From the human T2T-CHM13v2.0 reference genome, Homo sapiens, in the NCBI RefSeq assembly GCF_009914755.1, contig NC_060925.1: a stretch of DNA of 64,000 nt. One strand, written 5' to 3'. Positions 18,357-31,562 of this stretch are shown here, in pieces; position 1 is the first letter of the stretch; every line of letters starts with the position of its first letter. A program made the position numbers and the translations under genes. The notes under the pieces were generated by a model, which saw only the letters and a list, made by a program, of their open reading frames with translations, was not told where the DNA came from and searched no databases.

Positions 18357-20565
18357 TGCAATATGGTTTGGCAGTGTCCTCACCTAAATCTCATCTTGAA
18401 TTGTAGTTCCCATAGTCCCCACATGTCATGGGAGGGACAGGATCTGAGGTAATTGAATCATGAGGGCTGTTGCCCCATGCCATTCTTGTGATAGTAAGTT
18501 CTCATGAGATCTGATTGTTATATAAGGGGCTTCCCTTTTCATCCACTCTCATTTCTCTCTCCTGCTGCCATGTGAAGAAGGATGTGTTTGCTTCCCTTTC
18601 CACCATGATTATAAGTTGCCTGAGACTTCCCCAGCCCTGTGGAACTGTGAGTCAATTAAACCTCTTTCCTTCATAAATTACCCGGTCTTTGGTATGTCCT
18701 TATACCTGCATGAGAATGAACTATACAGAGGGTGGGGTGCTTCTATAAGGATATCTGAAAATGTGGAAGCAACTTTGGAACTAGGTAACAGGCAGAGGTT
18801 GGAAGAGTTTGGAGGGCTCAGAAGAAGTGGAAAATGTGGGAAAGTTTGGAAATTCCTAGAGACTTCTTGAATGTCTTTGACCAAAATGCTGATATAAACA
18901 ATAAAGTCCAGGCTGAGGTGGTATCAGGTGGAGATGAGGAACATTTGGGAACTGGAATAAAGGTAATTCTTGCTATGCTTTACAAAGAGACTGGTGACAT
19001 TTGGCCCCTGCCCTAGAGATCTGTGGAGCTTTGAAATGGAGAGAGATGATTTAGGGAATCTGGTAGAAGAAATTTCTAAGCAGCAAAGTGTTGAAGAGAA
19101 AGCAGATCATAAAAGTTTTAAAAATCTGCAGCCTGACAATACGATACAAAAGAAAAACCCATTTTCTGGGAAGAAATTCAAGCCTCCTGCAGAAATTTGC
19201 ATAATTAATGAGGAGCCAAATGTTAATTACCAAGACAATGGGAAAAATGTCTCCAGCGCATGTCAGAGGTCTTCATGGAAGCCCATACCATCACAGGCCC
19301 AGAAGCCTAGTAGTGAAAAACGGTTTTCTGGGCCCCCACATCCCACTGCTCTATGCAGCCTTGGGACATGGTACCCTGCATCCCAGCTGCTTCAGCTCTA
19401 GCCATGGCTGAAAGGGGCCAATGTACAGCTCAGATCATTGCTTCAGAGGGGTCAAGCTCCAAACCTTGGCAGCTTCCATGTGGTGTTGGGCCTCTGGGTG
19501 CATGGAAGTCAATAATTGAGGTTTGGGAGTTTCTGCCTAGATTCCAGAGGATGTATGTCAATGCCTGGATGTCCAGGCAGAAGTTTACTGCAGGGGCAGA
19601 GCCCTCATGAAGAACTTCTGCCAGGGAAGCGCAGAAGGGAAATGTGGGGTCAGAGCACCCACACATGGTCCCCACTGAGGTACTGACTAGTGGAGCTGTG
19701 AAAAGAGAGTTACTGTTCTCCAGACCCTGGAAAGGTAAATCCACTGACAGCTTGCATTGTGGGCCTGGAAAAGCCACACTCAATGCCAGCCCATGAAAAC
19801 AGCCAGGAGTGGGGCTGTACCCTTCAAAGCCACAGGAGCAGAGCTGCTCAAAGCCATGGGAGCCCACTTCTTGCATCAGCTGACCTGGATGTGAGACATG
19901 GAGTCAAAGGTGATCATTTTGGAACTTTAAGGTTTGATGACTGCCCTATTAGATTTTGGACTTGCATGGGGCCTGTAGACCCTTTGTTTTGGCTGGTTTC
20001 TCCCATTTGGAATGGGTTATTTACCCAATACCTGTATCCACATTGTATCTAGAAAGTGACTAAACTGATTTTGATTTTACAGGCTCATAGGTGAAAGGGA
20101 CTTTCTTTGTCTCAGATGAGACTTTGGACTTGGACTTTTGACTTAGTGCTGGAGTGAGTTAAGACTTTGGGTGACTGTTGGGAGGGATGATTGTGTTTTG
20201 AAATGTGTCCCCACCCAAATCTCATCTTGAATTGTAGTAACCATAATTTCCATGTGTCATGGGAGGGACCCAGTGGGATGTAATTGAATCATTGGGGCAG
20301 GTTGCCCCATGCTATTCTCGTGATAGTGACTGAGTCCTCACAAGATCTGATAGTTTTATAAAAGTCTTCCTTCTTCCCTCAGCTCTCATTTCTCTCTCCT
20401 GCTGCCATGTGCAAAAGAACATACTTGCTTTCCCTTCTGCCATGATTGTAAGTTTTCTGAGGCCTCCCTGGCCCTGCAGAAATGTGAGCCAATTAAATCT
20501 CTTTCCTTTATAAATTACCCAGTCTCAAGTATTTCTTCAAAGCAGCATGAGAACAGACTAATATA
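18357..20565 (+). mobile_element. THE1 (MaLR, THE1B-like) element: LTR 18357-18727, internal region, LTR ~20203-20565
   Basis: Both ends carry the THE1 LTR signature aaatctcatcttgaattgtag...aaattaccc; typical MaLR internal sequence between them. Confidence 0.9.
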
Positions 20566-21428
20566 CTTTGTCATAATATTCTGCAATTACAAAGTCATAA
20601 ACATTTAAATTACTGTCATAAAGCTAAGAAGAAATAACTTGCCATATTCCAAACTCCTGGAGGAGCTCAAGCTCTGCTTTCTAAGTAATCCCTTCTCTGC
20701 CTTACTACTGGGTGATCACTAGACTAGGATCCCTGAGTGAGATGACTCAGTTACATTTTGGCTCTATCAGCAGCCACATGGCATTGGCTAGGGAAAAATA
20801 AAGATCAAAATAGTAGGCATTTGCACCACTAATTTTCTGCCATCTTGTATTTTCATAATTTGTGATTTATTTCCCTTTCTGACACCATAAGCTAATATAG
20901 TAAACATTGAAGAATACAGGAACATTATTAACTGGGCACATAGGAGTCTTTTTCCTTGTACCAAACATTCTCAAGCACTAAATCCAAAACTTAAAATGCA
21001 ATAAAATCCATATACCACTTACTCATCACTCATAAATTATTTTTCTCTTCTTCACATGTTAACACCCAAAATCAAGCAAAAGCTATTAATAAATCTAAGT
21101 TCCAGTGAAATTTGCTCGTGCTGCTGAACAAATCTAAGTTAAATTGTAGATAGATATTAGTAACTTAAGGTAAGAATTCCCAAAACTAGATGTATGGGGT
21201 GAAGAGTTAACTATTGATAACAGTAGAGAATCTCATTTCCAATTTCAGGGATAAATAGTATTAGGGGAAATCCTGAGAGACAACAGTGGAAGTACAGAAG
21301 TAAAGATGAGAAAATAAATTACTAACTAGGAAGATTCTTCAATGAATGCTTCCTAGAGTATGGTCTATTATAGATAAATTGAGCAAACAGAGGATGGAGA
21401 TAACAGAAATTAAAGGTACAGAGTACAG

Positions 21429-21766
21429 TGCTATCGTTTAAATGCTTTTGTCCCCTACAAAACCAATGCTTAAACTTAGTACGCAAAGCAACAGTGTTGG
21501 CAGGTGAGGCCTAATGGGAAGTGTTTAAATGATGAGGGCTCTGCTCTTATAAATGGATTAATGCCACTATAAAAAGAGCTTGTGGGGGTGAATTAGCTAT
21601 TTTTTGGCTCTCCTGTCATGTGAGGACACAGCAAGAAAGCCTCATCAGATACTGATGCCTTGACCTTGGACTTCCAACCTCAAGAATTGTGAGAAACAAA
21701 TTTCTGTGCTGTATAATTACCCAGTCTATGGTATTCCATTACAGCAGCGATATGCAGACTAAGACA
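21429..21766 (+). mobile_element. MaLR solo LTR (MST/MLT1A-like)
   Basis: TGCTAT...GACTAAGACA termini and MaLR motifs. Confidence 0.75.
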
Positions 21767-22777
21767 GTGGGAAAATATGCCTTCTTCATTGCAGAAAGGG
21801 TCAGAGAACAATAGTTTTCATTAACCAGAAATGTCATTATCTCATATATTCTCCATGTGCCATGCAATGAACATGAGATGAATGGTGCCAGTTCTGGCTA
21901 TGTACAGTATATTAGAACTTGTCCATATCATCTCTGAAGTTTCCATATGAATTCACTCTCCTCTCTGGCCCCAATACTAAGTCTCTCCTTTATTCCACTA
22001 CTTTCCAAAGTAGAGAAATCAACCCTAGAACTACAGAAGCCCTTTCTGCCAACAGAATTTTCTGGAGTTTATGGTATTTGTTCAGGGCAAAAGGAAAATC
22101 AGGCAAAACCACAATAGAGACTACAAAATTGCAGAGGAGAACTAGGTCTGAGAAGCATTCAAGTGGGAGAGGAAGGAATGCCACAGTTGTGAAAATGTGT
22201 TCTGGGTAGGTGACTGCAAAGTGAGGGGTAGAAATGTCTAACCCAACTGGAGAAAGCCTACTGGTGCCAGAATAACTGCTGCTTCCCAGAACACCCACCC
22301 TCCCCTAGGAATGTGGAACAGACTGCAGAGCATCCAAACAATACCCTTACGCAAGAAGCAAATAGACTAAGAGTGCAACCAGATGGCTTAATAGGCCATC
22401 AGTGACTGTTTTTACCCTCTTTTCCCATTCCCTTTTCTTCTTATGGCTTAAAAGACAAGTCATGCATGTATTGCAAAGGCAGAGATCTGCTTCTTCTTGC
22501 TATTACCCAAGATGGCCTCACATGTATCCCCTGAATAAATCTTTGACTACCTACCAATTTGGAGTGGTCTGCTCCTTTCTTTGGTCTGAGCTTGCCCTGT
22601 TCTTATGAAGGGTAGATCTTGATCCAGCAGGGAGTTTTCCCAACAGTCACCTTGTTATTTAACTATATTCACTCACTGTGCAAGTATCCCACCTCCATTA
22701 TTCCAACTTGTTTACAGAATTCAACTCTCTTTAAAACCTATTATATACATAAATCACAATGTATATGCATTAAGTAG

Positions 22778-23350
22778 AACACACTCTATGAAATACAGAA
22801 TAACATGGAAAAAATTGATATAGTGGGGAAAATAAAGCATAATAACAAGATTGAGGAAGGAGATAAGCTTTGACTCCTAGTTTCAACAGTTCAGTGAAAC
22901 AAAGATCAAAGCTGATATCTGACTTTCATAGTTTCATTCAGATGGGAGTCGGATAGACAAGTGTTAGCTTTGCAAAGGATAAAATAATTTAGTTTAGGCT
23001 TTGGAAAAATCAGATTCCTGTGTTTTAACATAAAATGTTCAGCCCAAGCAGGAAGCATGAGAAACCAATCAATGCCCTTGTGCTAATATTATAAGTGGCA
23101 AGGCTCTGGAATAAGATAGACCTTGTTTGAATCTGGCTCCAACCCTAACTAGTCACATAATTTTGGGAAAATAGCTTAAATGGTTGCTACAGACTGAATT
23201 GTGTCACCCAAATTCATATGATGAAGCCCTAACCCCCAGTGTGATGATATTTGAAAATATGAAGCCTTTGGGAGATAATTCTTTTATGACATCAGGGTCT
23301 TCATGATGTGATTGGTCCCTTTTAAAGAAAAGACATCAGATCTCTCCCTG

Positions 23351-23431
<81 letters not shown>

Positions 23432-24100
23432 CTCTCTCTCACTCACTCTCTCTCTCCCTCAACGCCCACCAAGTAATGACTCAGTATGAATATGGCTGTC
23501 TGCAAGCCAGAAAGAGGGCCCACACCAGAAACTAAGTTGGCTGGCACCTTTATCTTGGAACCCCAGCCTCCAGAACTGGGGGAAATGCCTGTCATTTAAA
23601 CTACCCAGTCTATGTTATTTTGCTATAGTATTCTGAGACTCAAGTCGACTAAGACAATAGTCTTCTCTAAAATGGGGAAACTCTGCCTCATAGGGTTGAT
23701 TTGAAAATCTAGTGACATAAAGCACATACATTATATTTTACAGTCTTCTAGTGCATCATGAGAAATCAATATGCGGTAGGAATCATTGTTCTTAGCAAGA
23801 TAAAGACATTTAAATTATTGATACTATTGAGTATCAGTAGTATCAATAGCATTGAGAACTATTTCACACTATTGAGTATTTAGGACATCAAGGTCTTCAG
23901 GATGTGATTGGTCTCCTTTAAAGAAAAGGCACCAGATCTCTCTCTCTCAAAAGTGTGAAATAACTTTTCACACTTCTCAAGATACTCAAAAGTGTGAAAT
24001 AACACAAATAGTTCCACACAACTGAAACTTTGGTATATGCAGAAGGGTATGGAAAATGAGGTCAGAATGGTAAAACAGTAAGCTACCTTTTTTCATAAAG
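22778..24100 (+). pseudogene. HIN-domain exon-6 remnant #2 (22778-22941) with following intron-6-like sequence
   Basis: NTLYEIQNNMEKIDIVGKIKHNNKIEEGDKL* ... RSKLISDFHSFIQ vs PYHIN1 [33 protein letters not shown]...[13 protein letters not shown]. Donor GT>AT. Intron similarity (catgagaaaccaatcaatgcccttg ~ 43176; aactttggtatatg ~ 43631) runs to ~24100. Confidence 0.88.
23185..23656 (+). mobile_element. MLT1-type solo LTR containing a (TC)n(CA)n microsatellite (~23341-23460)
   Basis: TGCTAC...GACTAAGACA termini; 5-bp flanks ATGGT/ATAGT. Confidence 0.8.
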
Positions 24101-24208
24101 GGAGGAATGGAAGTTTCACTGTGAAAAAAACAGGTACATAATTGGGAGATTTTATGCAATAAGAGGATGAATTGAAGGCAGCACACTCATTCCTCAGCTA
24201 GAAATTAG

Positions 24209-24510
<302 letters not shown>

Positions 24511-25465
24511 CTAGAAAAAAACAGATTATTAAGTATTAAGGAATTTTTCTGCTGGTTGTCAAATATTTTGCATTATAAAGGCAGCAGAGGAGGTGATATT
24601 TATACCACAGGAATCGGCAATTGCTACAAATCAGAGCTCTTCTATAGTTGTTATAGTTAGATTAATATCTACGGTTTTGCAACTACGTTCTATTTGTTAC
24701 ATTTGTTCTTTGTTTCTTTGCCCCTCTTTTCCTGCCTTTTATGGTTTTAACTGAGCAATGATTTTTTTCTTTTCTTCTCAACATATGAATTATACTTTTT
24801 AAAAAGTTTTTTATTGTTTGGCTTAGAGTTTCAAAAATATAGCTTTAACTAACTTAAATCTATCTTTAAATATTACTATATTGCTTTATGTATACAACAC
24901 ATACCATATAACAGAAAATCCCCATTCCTCCATTTTTTCCCTGGCTCATTTCTTGTATTTATATACTATAATGACTGAATACATCATTACTATTATTACT
25001 TTAAAGAAAGTTATCTTTTAAATCAATTCAGAATCAAAATTTTTAAAATTTAATTGACTTGCATTTATGCCTTCTCTGATGGTTTTCTTTTCTTCATGTA
25101 GATCTGATCTCCTTCACTTTTGAATAATAAATTTGCCAGATATAGAATTCTAGATTGCCATGTTTTTTCTTTCAATACATTTAAGCATTTCATTTTATAT
25201 TCTTCTTTCTCTTATTGCCTCCAATGTTTCTGACAAAAACTCCACAGTGATTCTTGGAATTGTTTCTCTATATATAATACAATATTTTACTTTCCTGACT
25301 TTGATCAAGATTTTTCTTTGACTTTTCTGCAGTTGAAATATAAAATGTCCAGATATGATTTGTTTTTCAGCATTTGTCACAGTGGATAATATCTGAGCTT
25401 CCTGCATCTGAGGTTTTTGCTCCGGTTGGTTTTAAATATTTCTTGGCAATTATTTCTCCAAATAC

Positions 25466-26091
25466 TGATACAGGAGATAGAAAGAAATTATCTTAGGCAG
25501 ATAGTGAGGGCAAAAGAGTCCTTGGCAGAACTTCCCTTCTAACAAAAAGAAGCCCAAAAATCACTTATTTTCTAATAAAGAGCAGCCTGAAAGATCGAAC
25601 TGCAAACATAGAGAAGGAAGCTGGGAGCCTGCATGGGGGGATGCTGGCAGCTGCACCAATAAAAAAGGCTACCTGGTACCAGGCGTGTTCACCATGGGGT
25701 TCCACCTTTCCTTTTTTGTTAGCATGTGTACAGTAAGAAAGAAATAAGCAACATGGAGTAGCTACCCACCTGCATAATAAAAGATGGGGGTAGGGGCAGC
25801 CAGAGATTCGGGCCCTATGCAGATGGCACAGCTGGTCCTAACCAGTTTTTCACACCCTGCATAGATCAGACACCGTCTCCCCACTAGCTCATCTATAAAA
25901 ATCTCTGCATTTCACAGCAGATCAGCAACCATTTTTCCAGGAATCCTCTCTGTAGCAGAGAGCTATTCTCCTTCTTTTGTCTATTAAAATTCAGCTCTAA
26001 ACCTCACACTTTGTGTGTGTCTGCATCCTTGATCTCTGTGGCCATGTGACCAAGAACCTCAGGTGTCACACCAGACAAAGAGACCATTTCA
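25466..26091 (+). mobile_element. ERV1 (MER4-group-like) solo LTR inserted in an old minus-strand L1 fragment
   Basis: TG...CA termini; TATA-like ctataaaa and ATTAAA poly(A)-like signal. Subfamily not determined. Confidence 0.75.
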
Positions 26092-27190
26092 GTACTTTTT
26101 ATGCTTCCTTCTTTCTTTCTTTCTGGCTTTTCAATTATGTATTTGCTACATCTTAAGATATCCCACCACAGTTATTAGATATTCTGTGGGCTGGAGGGTT
26201 TAATATTTTTTTCCTTTGCATTTAGTTTTGGAAATTTCTATTGATCTATCTTCAAGGTAACATTCTTTTCTAGATTATGTCTGGTCTATTGATTATTTTC
26301 AATTTCTGTTACCATTGTTTCACTTCATACATTTTTGTTTGATTTATCTCTTAGTGTTTTCTTCTCTCTGCTTATGTTACCCATCTGTTCTTGTATGCAG
26401 TCTACTTTTTCCATTAGAGCACTTAACACATTAATCATAGTAATTTTAGATTCCCTGTCAGCAAATTTCCACATGAGGATCATATCTGAGTCTGCTTCTA
26501 ATGGTTCTTTTGACTCTTGAGACTCTGTTTTTCCTTGTCTTTAGCATAACTTGCTTTTTCTTTCTTTCTTTTTTTTTTTTTTTGTCAAAAGGAAGACATA
26601 TATGATCAGGTAATAGGAACTGAAATAAACAGACCTTTAGTATGAGATTTTTTGTTAGTCTGGCTAGTTGTTAAAACGTTATTTACTTTTTGTCCTAAAT
26701 GTCGGTGCCAAAGGCTTCAGAATCCTTTACTGTCCTTTTTGTCTCTCCTCTTGCCTTTGAACTTCCCTGAGCATCCTCCTCAGAGAGTCTACCAAGAGTA
26801 ATCAAGAAAAATAAGGGAGGATAATATAAATGGCCAGTATCAGGAATGTAAAGGGATGGCACTACAGATATTAAAATGGTAATAAAAAATTATGAAAAAT
26901 ATTATGCAAATAAGTTTACTTACGTAATTCCTGTAAAACAAAAATGTATTACAAAAAAAATCCTGTGAAACACAACTTACCAAAACTGTCTTGTAAGGAA
27001 ATAAAACAACTAAATATTTTTATATCTATTAGAGAAAGAGAAGTTGTAACAAAAATCTTTCCGTAGTGAAAGTTTTGGGAATAGACACTTTATGAATTCC
27101 ATCAGACATTTGAGGATAAAAGTTTACCATGTCTATACAATCTGTTTTAGAAATGCCAGTTTGCTGTCACACCAAAATTAAAGATATTAC

Positions 27191-27485
27191 ACAGAAACTA
27201 AACAAAAACCAACTCTCACATGAAAATAAATGCAAAAACACTTTTAAAATATTGAAAAATTATACTTACCAATATACTTATCAATATGACAGAAACTAAA
27301 CAAAAACCAACTCTCACATGAAAATAAATGCAAAAACACTTTTAAAATATTGAAAAATTATACTTACCAATATACTTATCAATATGACAGAAACTAAACA
27401 AAAACCAACTCTCACATGAAAATAAATGCAAAAACACTTTTAAAATATTGAAAAATTATACTTACCAATATACTTATCAATATGA
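27191..27485. repeat. Perfect tandem triplication of a 98-bp unit within a degenerate L1 ORF2 fragment
   Basis: Unit starts at 27191, 27289 and 27387; no differences seen between copies. Confidence 0.97.
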
Positions 27486-27840
27486 TAAATTATAATGCAT
27501 CATTAAAAGTGTTTTATCTCAGGGATATAAGATTGGTTCAACATTTAAAACTCAATCACCTTTCCCTCTTCCTTGAGAAAGAGAAATCTATTTACTTGAG
27601 AGACAAAAGGAGAAGGCACCTGATTGAGGTGGCTGATGGCCATGAATGCATAAAGCAATCTTGCTAACTGAGGCTCTCAACAAATGGGTTTTGTTCTGAC
27701 TCTTAGGGATAATTAGAGAAAGGTTTTAACACTCTCCATTTCCATTTTCCTCTCTGAGATCACAATAATTATTACAAGGCTTTATCCAGGGGTTTACAAT
27801 GGACTTTAAAAGTCCCAAACGTGGTTTCTTGGTGTGATTG

Positions 27841-28228
27841 TGTAAGAGAAAAGCTTCAGCTGACTTAAATTTAAAAAAGTTTAACTGAGCAATGAATGTT
27901 ATTCAGGCAGCCTCCCAAGCCAGAGTAGGCTCAGAGACTCCAGCACAGCCACATAGTGGAAGATTTATGAAGAGAAAAAGAAAAGTGAGATACAGAAAAT
28001 GGACATGAGATAAAGAGCTGGATTGGTTATAGCTCGGAGTTTGCCTTATTTGAACGCGGTTTGAACAAGTTGGCCACATTTGATTGGCCAAAACTTGGTG
28101 ATTGACACAAGCGTATACTACAGTCTGTTTACACTTCCATTTAGGCCATCATTCACGCTGTATGAGAAACCTTTAGGCTGAACTTAGAATATGTAAGAAG
28201 GCAGCTTTAGGCTAAACTTGATTTAACA
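27841..28228 (-). mobile_element. MER57-like ERV1 solo LTR
   Basis: Minus strand begins TGTTAAATCAAGTTTAGCCTAAAGCTGCC; contains CCAAT boxes. Confidence 0.75.
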
Positions 28229-28325
28229 TTGCTTTTGATTTAACAAAGCAAAAATAAAAATAAGTAATTATTTTTGCTTTTCTCCTTAGAGGCTTTCTGC
28301 CGTCTCCTAGACTGACGACTGGGTA

Positions 28326-28542
28326 CAGATTGACAAACGTTTTCTATAATAAGCCATACAGCAAAATCTTTACACTCTGCAGCCGGATGGACTCTGTTGC
28401 TAGTCAACTCTTCATTGCACCATGAAGTAGATATTGACAATGCATAAGTGAGTAATCACAGTTGTGTTTCAATAAAATTTTACTTACAAAAGTGGATGGT
28501 GTGTTAGTATTGTCCCACAGGCAGTAATTTACTAACATCTTG
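28326..28542 (+). mobile_element. MER58A-like hAT DNA transposon remnant
   Basis: Characteristic gttgtgtttcaataaaattttacttacaaaa core and degenerate terminal repeats. Confidence 0.65.
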
Positions 28543-29271
28543 GTTAGAACATTAATCGGGTGGGAACTTTTCCTGAGGACTTTGAATGAGCATCGGAATT
28601 AGTACTTCAGATGATAAAAAGTCATGAAGGTCCATCCAAGACTTTTACCCCCTTATCAGGAGCTCTCGTATGTTCTATTAGTGAGCTTTCTGTGTGATGG
28701 CACAAATTGCAAATTATTGCCCACTGCTTCAGAATCAGCACAAATGCACATTTTTAAAGCATTTCTTTGCTTCATCTATTACAATTTTATCTGCACAGTA
28801 TGGTTTATGGAGCAATGTTCTGAATTGTCTTCATTGGTGACAGTAATTTGTATGTTGTATGCTGGAGTCCTAACCAAAGGCATTACCCTACATGAAATAA
28901 TTACCAAAAAGGGGAAACAAAAATGTCCTGAAACATGGTAATTTCTACCAAGTTTCCTCTACTCTCTGACCTTTGAATTGGGGTAACCTGACCTTCCTAA
29001 TATCCCTCTCTACCTACTCTCTTAAGACCAACTTAGTGTCTCTACCTTAACAGCAACGTAAACCTATAAAAGAAAACCATGAACACTCGAAGGTATTTTT
29101 ATGGCCATCCTTCCAGATCCTCCTTGCTTTTTCTTAACTTACTTTTGCTTTGATAAAATTATCATATGGCTCCAAATCCAGACATCAACTATCCTCTCCA
29201 TGACCCTAGTTTGTACTAAGGCGATCAGCTTTCTTCTGTTCCGTAGATGGCCTCAGATCATTTGTATTATT

Positions 29272-29756
29272 TGTGAAGGAAACCAAAAATACTTCTCAAA
29301 ATACTTAGGACTGTTAAGTTAAAGACAGAAAATGGAGGGGAACATGCTGCCTCAGGCACTATTTGCCTGATGGCAGGACATAAATCCGTATTTACTGGAG
29401 AAAGCACTTGCTTTTCAGCCCGGAGAAGGCGCCACCAGGAACCTGAGGAATCTGGGAACAGATTTTACTACCTTCCCACATTTTCCCACCTTTTAAATGA
29501 CTGGAACTGCTTTCTCCTTTGCTTTTCACTATATAGAACGTATGGCTCTTTATTGAAATACTATTTAAACAAGTTTTCTAAGCCACAGCCTGGAGAGAGA
29601 AATACTTTTGAACTGAGGCCTATCCCTTGTGATGAGTAGAGCACACATTAATAAACTGCTTGTTTTTCTTTTGTTAATTTGACGTTTGTTTTCAGGAGAG
29701 TGTCAACTAATAACCTAAAAAGGGAAATTTAAAAAAAACTTGTTTTCTCCCCTACA
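29272..29756 (+). mobile_element. ERV solo LTR in the PYHIN1 upstream region
   Basis: TG...CA termini and AATAAA. Absent from the paralogous promoter copy, where ~415-430 is contiguous. Confidence 0.75.
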
Positions 29757-30639
29757 GCTGTATTTCGGGCCCCATTTTCCACTCATGGCCACATCCTGCT
29801 TGCAGATCTGCTGCTGGGTTAACACAACATCATCTGCCAGTTGGTGTCGTTTATTTGACATCTTGGGGTTTTAGTACTCTGAAGGACACCCACTGCCCTT
29901 AACAGAAAAAATACTGCTGAGCAAAGGGTTTAACAGGACTCTCGGTCTACCAGAAGTTCAGTGCATTTTCCAGGATTTTCAAGGCTTCGATGCTGTCATG
30001 TTGTGAGCCCACTATCCACTTGTGTTTTTCCATGAATAATGAAGGAAACCTGAGGAATCATGAATGTAATCATTGAGGTAAAATAACCTAGTCATAGTCA
30101 AGAGGACAGCTAGTGTTAAACTCCTTTATATATATTTGAGAAAGGATTTATATATTCATAATAACTTTCTGATCTGGAAAGCCCTAGGTTTGTCAACTAT
30201 TAATAACTGGGTGAATGCTTCAGGTAGTATTTAAACCAACTGCTATTTCATAGCAGACATTCTCCCATGCAGGAGATGCAGTAAAGTACTGGTAGCAATA
30301 GATGCTCCTACCAAGATCTCCCCCTGCAACCGCACAGGAAAGGAGGGAGAAGAAACCACCTTGCTTCTCTCATATTTGACAATCATTCATCGGAATAGAG
30401 GTCCCTAATGTCCCACATGTAAGTCTGCTGGTTAAGAAAGTTCTAAGATTGGAACTCCATTCAGATATCAACATTTGTAAGAAAAAAAATTTTAAATATA
30501 ACTTTGATACAAATTTTACTTTGATTAAGATACCTACAGGAAAGAAACTGTTCATTTTCTCTAACAGGATGGAAAGCAAAAAATATGGGTGGGAGGAGTC
30601 TGCACGTTGTTTCACAACTTCTCTCTCCCCAGGGCAAAG

Positions 30640-30865
30640 CAGAGTATGAGGAAGCCAGCACTAGTCAAGTGACTCTAAGAAGGGCCATTTTCCCTTGTTG
30701 TCTTTGAAAATACTTCATTTTCTTAGCATTTCAGGAGATTATAACATCCTGTATTTCAGTTTCTGAGAGCTTTACTGACTGATTTCCCTATTCAAAACAA
30801 TCCTCATTTCCTACATTTCTGAAGATCTCAAGATCTGGACTACTGTTGAAGAAATTCCCAGTAAG
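30640..30865 (+). other. PYHIN1: PYHIN1 non-coding exon 1 (5' end approximate)
   Basis: Consensus donor AAG|GTGAGT at 30865/30866; conserved in two paralogous copies upstream. TSS cannot be determined from sequence. Confidence 0.7.
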
Positions 30866-31000
30866 GTGAGTACTGTGGGTATTTTTTATAGAAAAGATCT
30901 AGATGCTTCCTTGAAAGCCACAAAATCACAAGGGAAAAATCGATATTGGTTCTTCAGGGCAGTGGGGTGAGGGCAGTAGGGCTGGTATCAACTATATTCA

Positions 31001-31014
31001 GAAAAGTGAAAACT
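31001..31014 (+). promoter_or_regulatory. IRF-E/ISRE-like motif GAAAAGTGAAAACT in intron 1
   Basis: Matches the IRF1/2 consensus GAAAAGTGAAA, ~135 nt downstream of exon 1 of an interferon-inducible gene. Motif match only. Confidence 0.4.
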
Positions 31015-31204
31015 GCAGTTAATACTTCCAATTCTTTACTTACTTCAAAGATAGTAGATATCCTTTATTCTACAACTGGGGCATGAATGAAGGAATATGC
31101 ATTTTGACCATTGCAGATTTTAAAACAAATTCTCTGAGTATATATTCTCTGAGGTTAGAAAGCTTGGTGGCCATTGGGGTCTGGGCAAAAGACAAGATAA
31201 TGAT

Positions 31205-31562
31205 TTCATTCTTTTTTATGGATGCATAGTATTCCACGCTGTATATGCATAACATGGATACGGCTAGAGAACATTACCCTAAGTGAACTAACACAGGAAT
31301 ACCAAATACTGCATGTTCTCACTTATAAGTGGAAGTTAAACATTGAATCCATATGGGCACAAGATGGGAACGGTAGACGCTGGGGACTGCTTGAGAGGAA
31401 AGGTGGGAGCAGTATGTGGGTTGGAAGGCTATCTATCTGGTACTATGTCGCTACCTTGGTGATGGGATCACCAGACAACAAGCCTCAGCGACACACAGTT
31501 TACTCATTTAACAAGCCTGCACATGTACCCTCTGAACCTAAAATGAAAGTAGAAGATAAAAT
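31205..31562 (+). mobile_element. L1PB-type 3' end with short 5' inversion (twin priming)
   Basis: 16-bp TSD AAGACAAGATAATGAT at 31189-31204 and 31563-31578; the first ~45 nt are inverted. Confidence 0.85.

Noticed and set aside
18616-20052. Cluster of overlapping ORFs
   Set aside because: All lie within the THE1 element's decayed internal region.
22030-22645. Probable old LTR upstream of HIN remnant #2
   Set aside because: LTR-like end and AATAAA seen, but family and boundaries are too uncertain to list as a feature.
30539-30560. GGAAAGAAAC ISRE-like motif upstream of exon 1
   Set aside because: Spacing does not fit GAAANNGAAA and it is poorly preserved in the paralogous copies.
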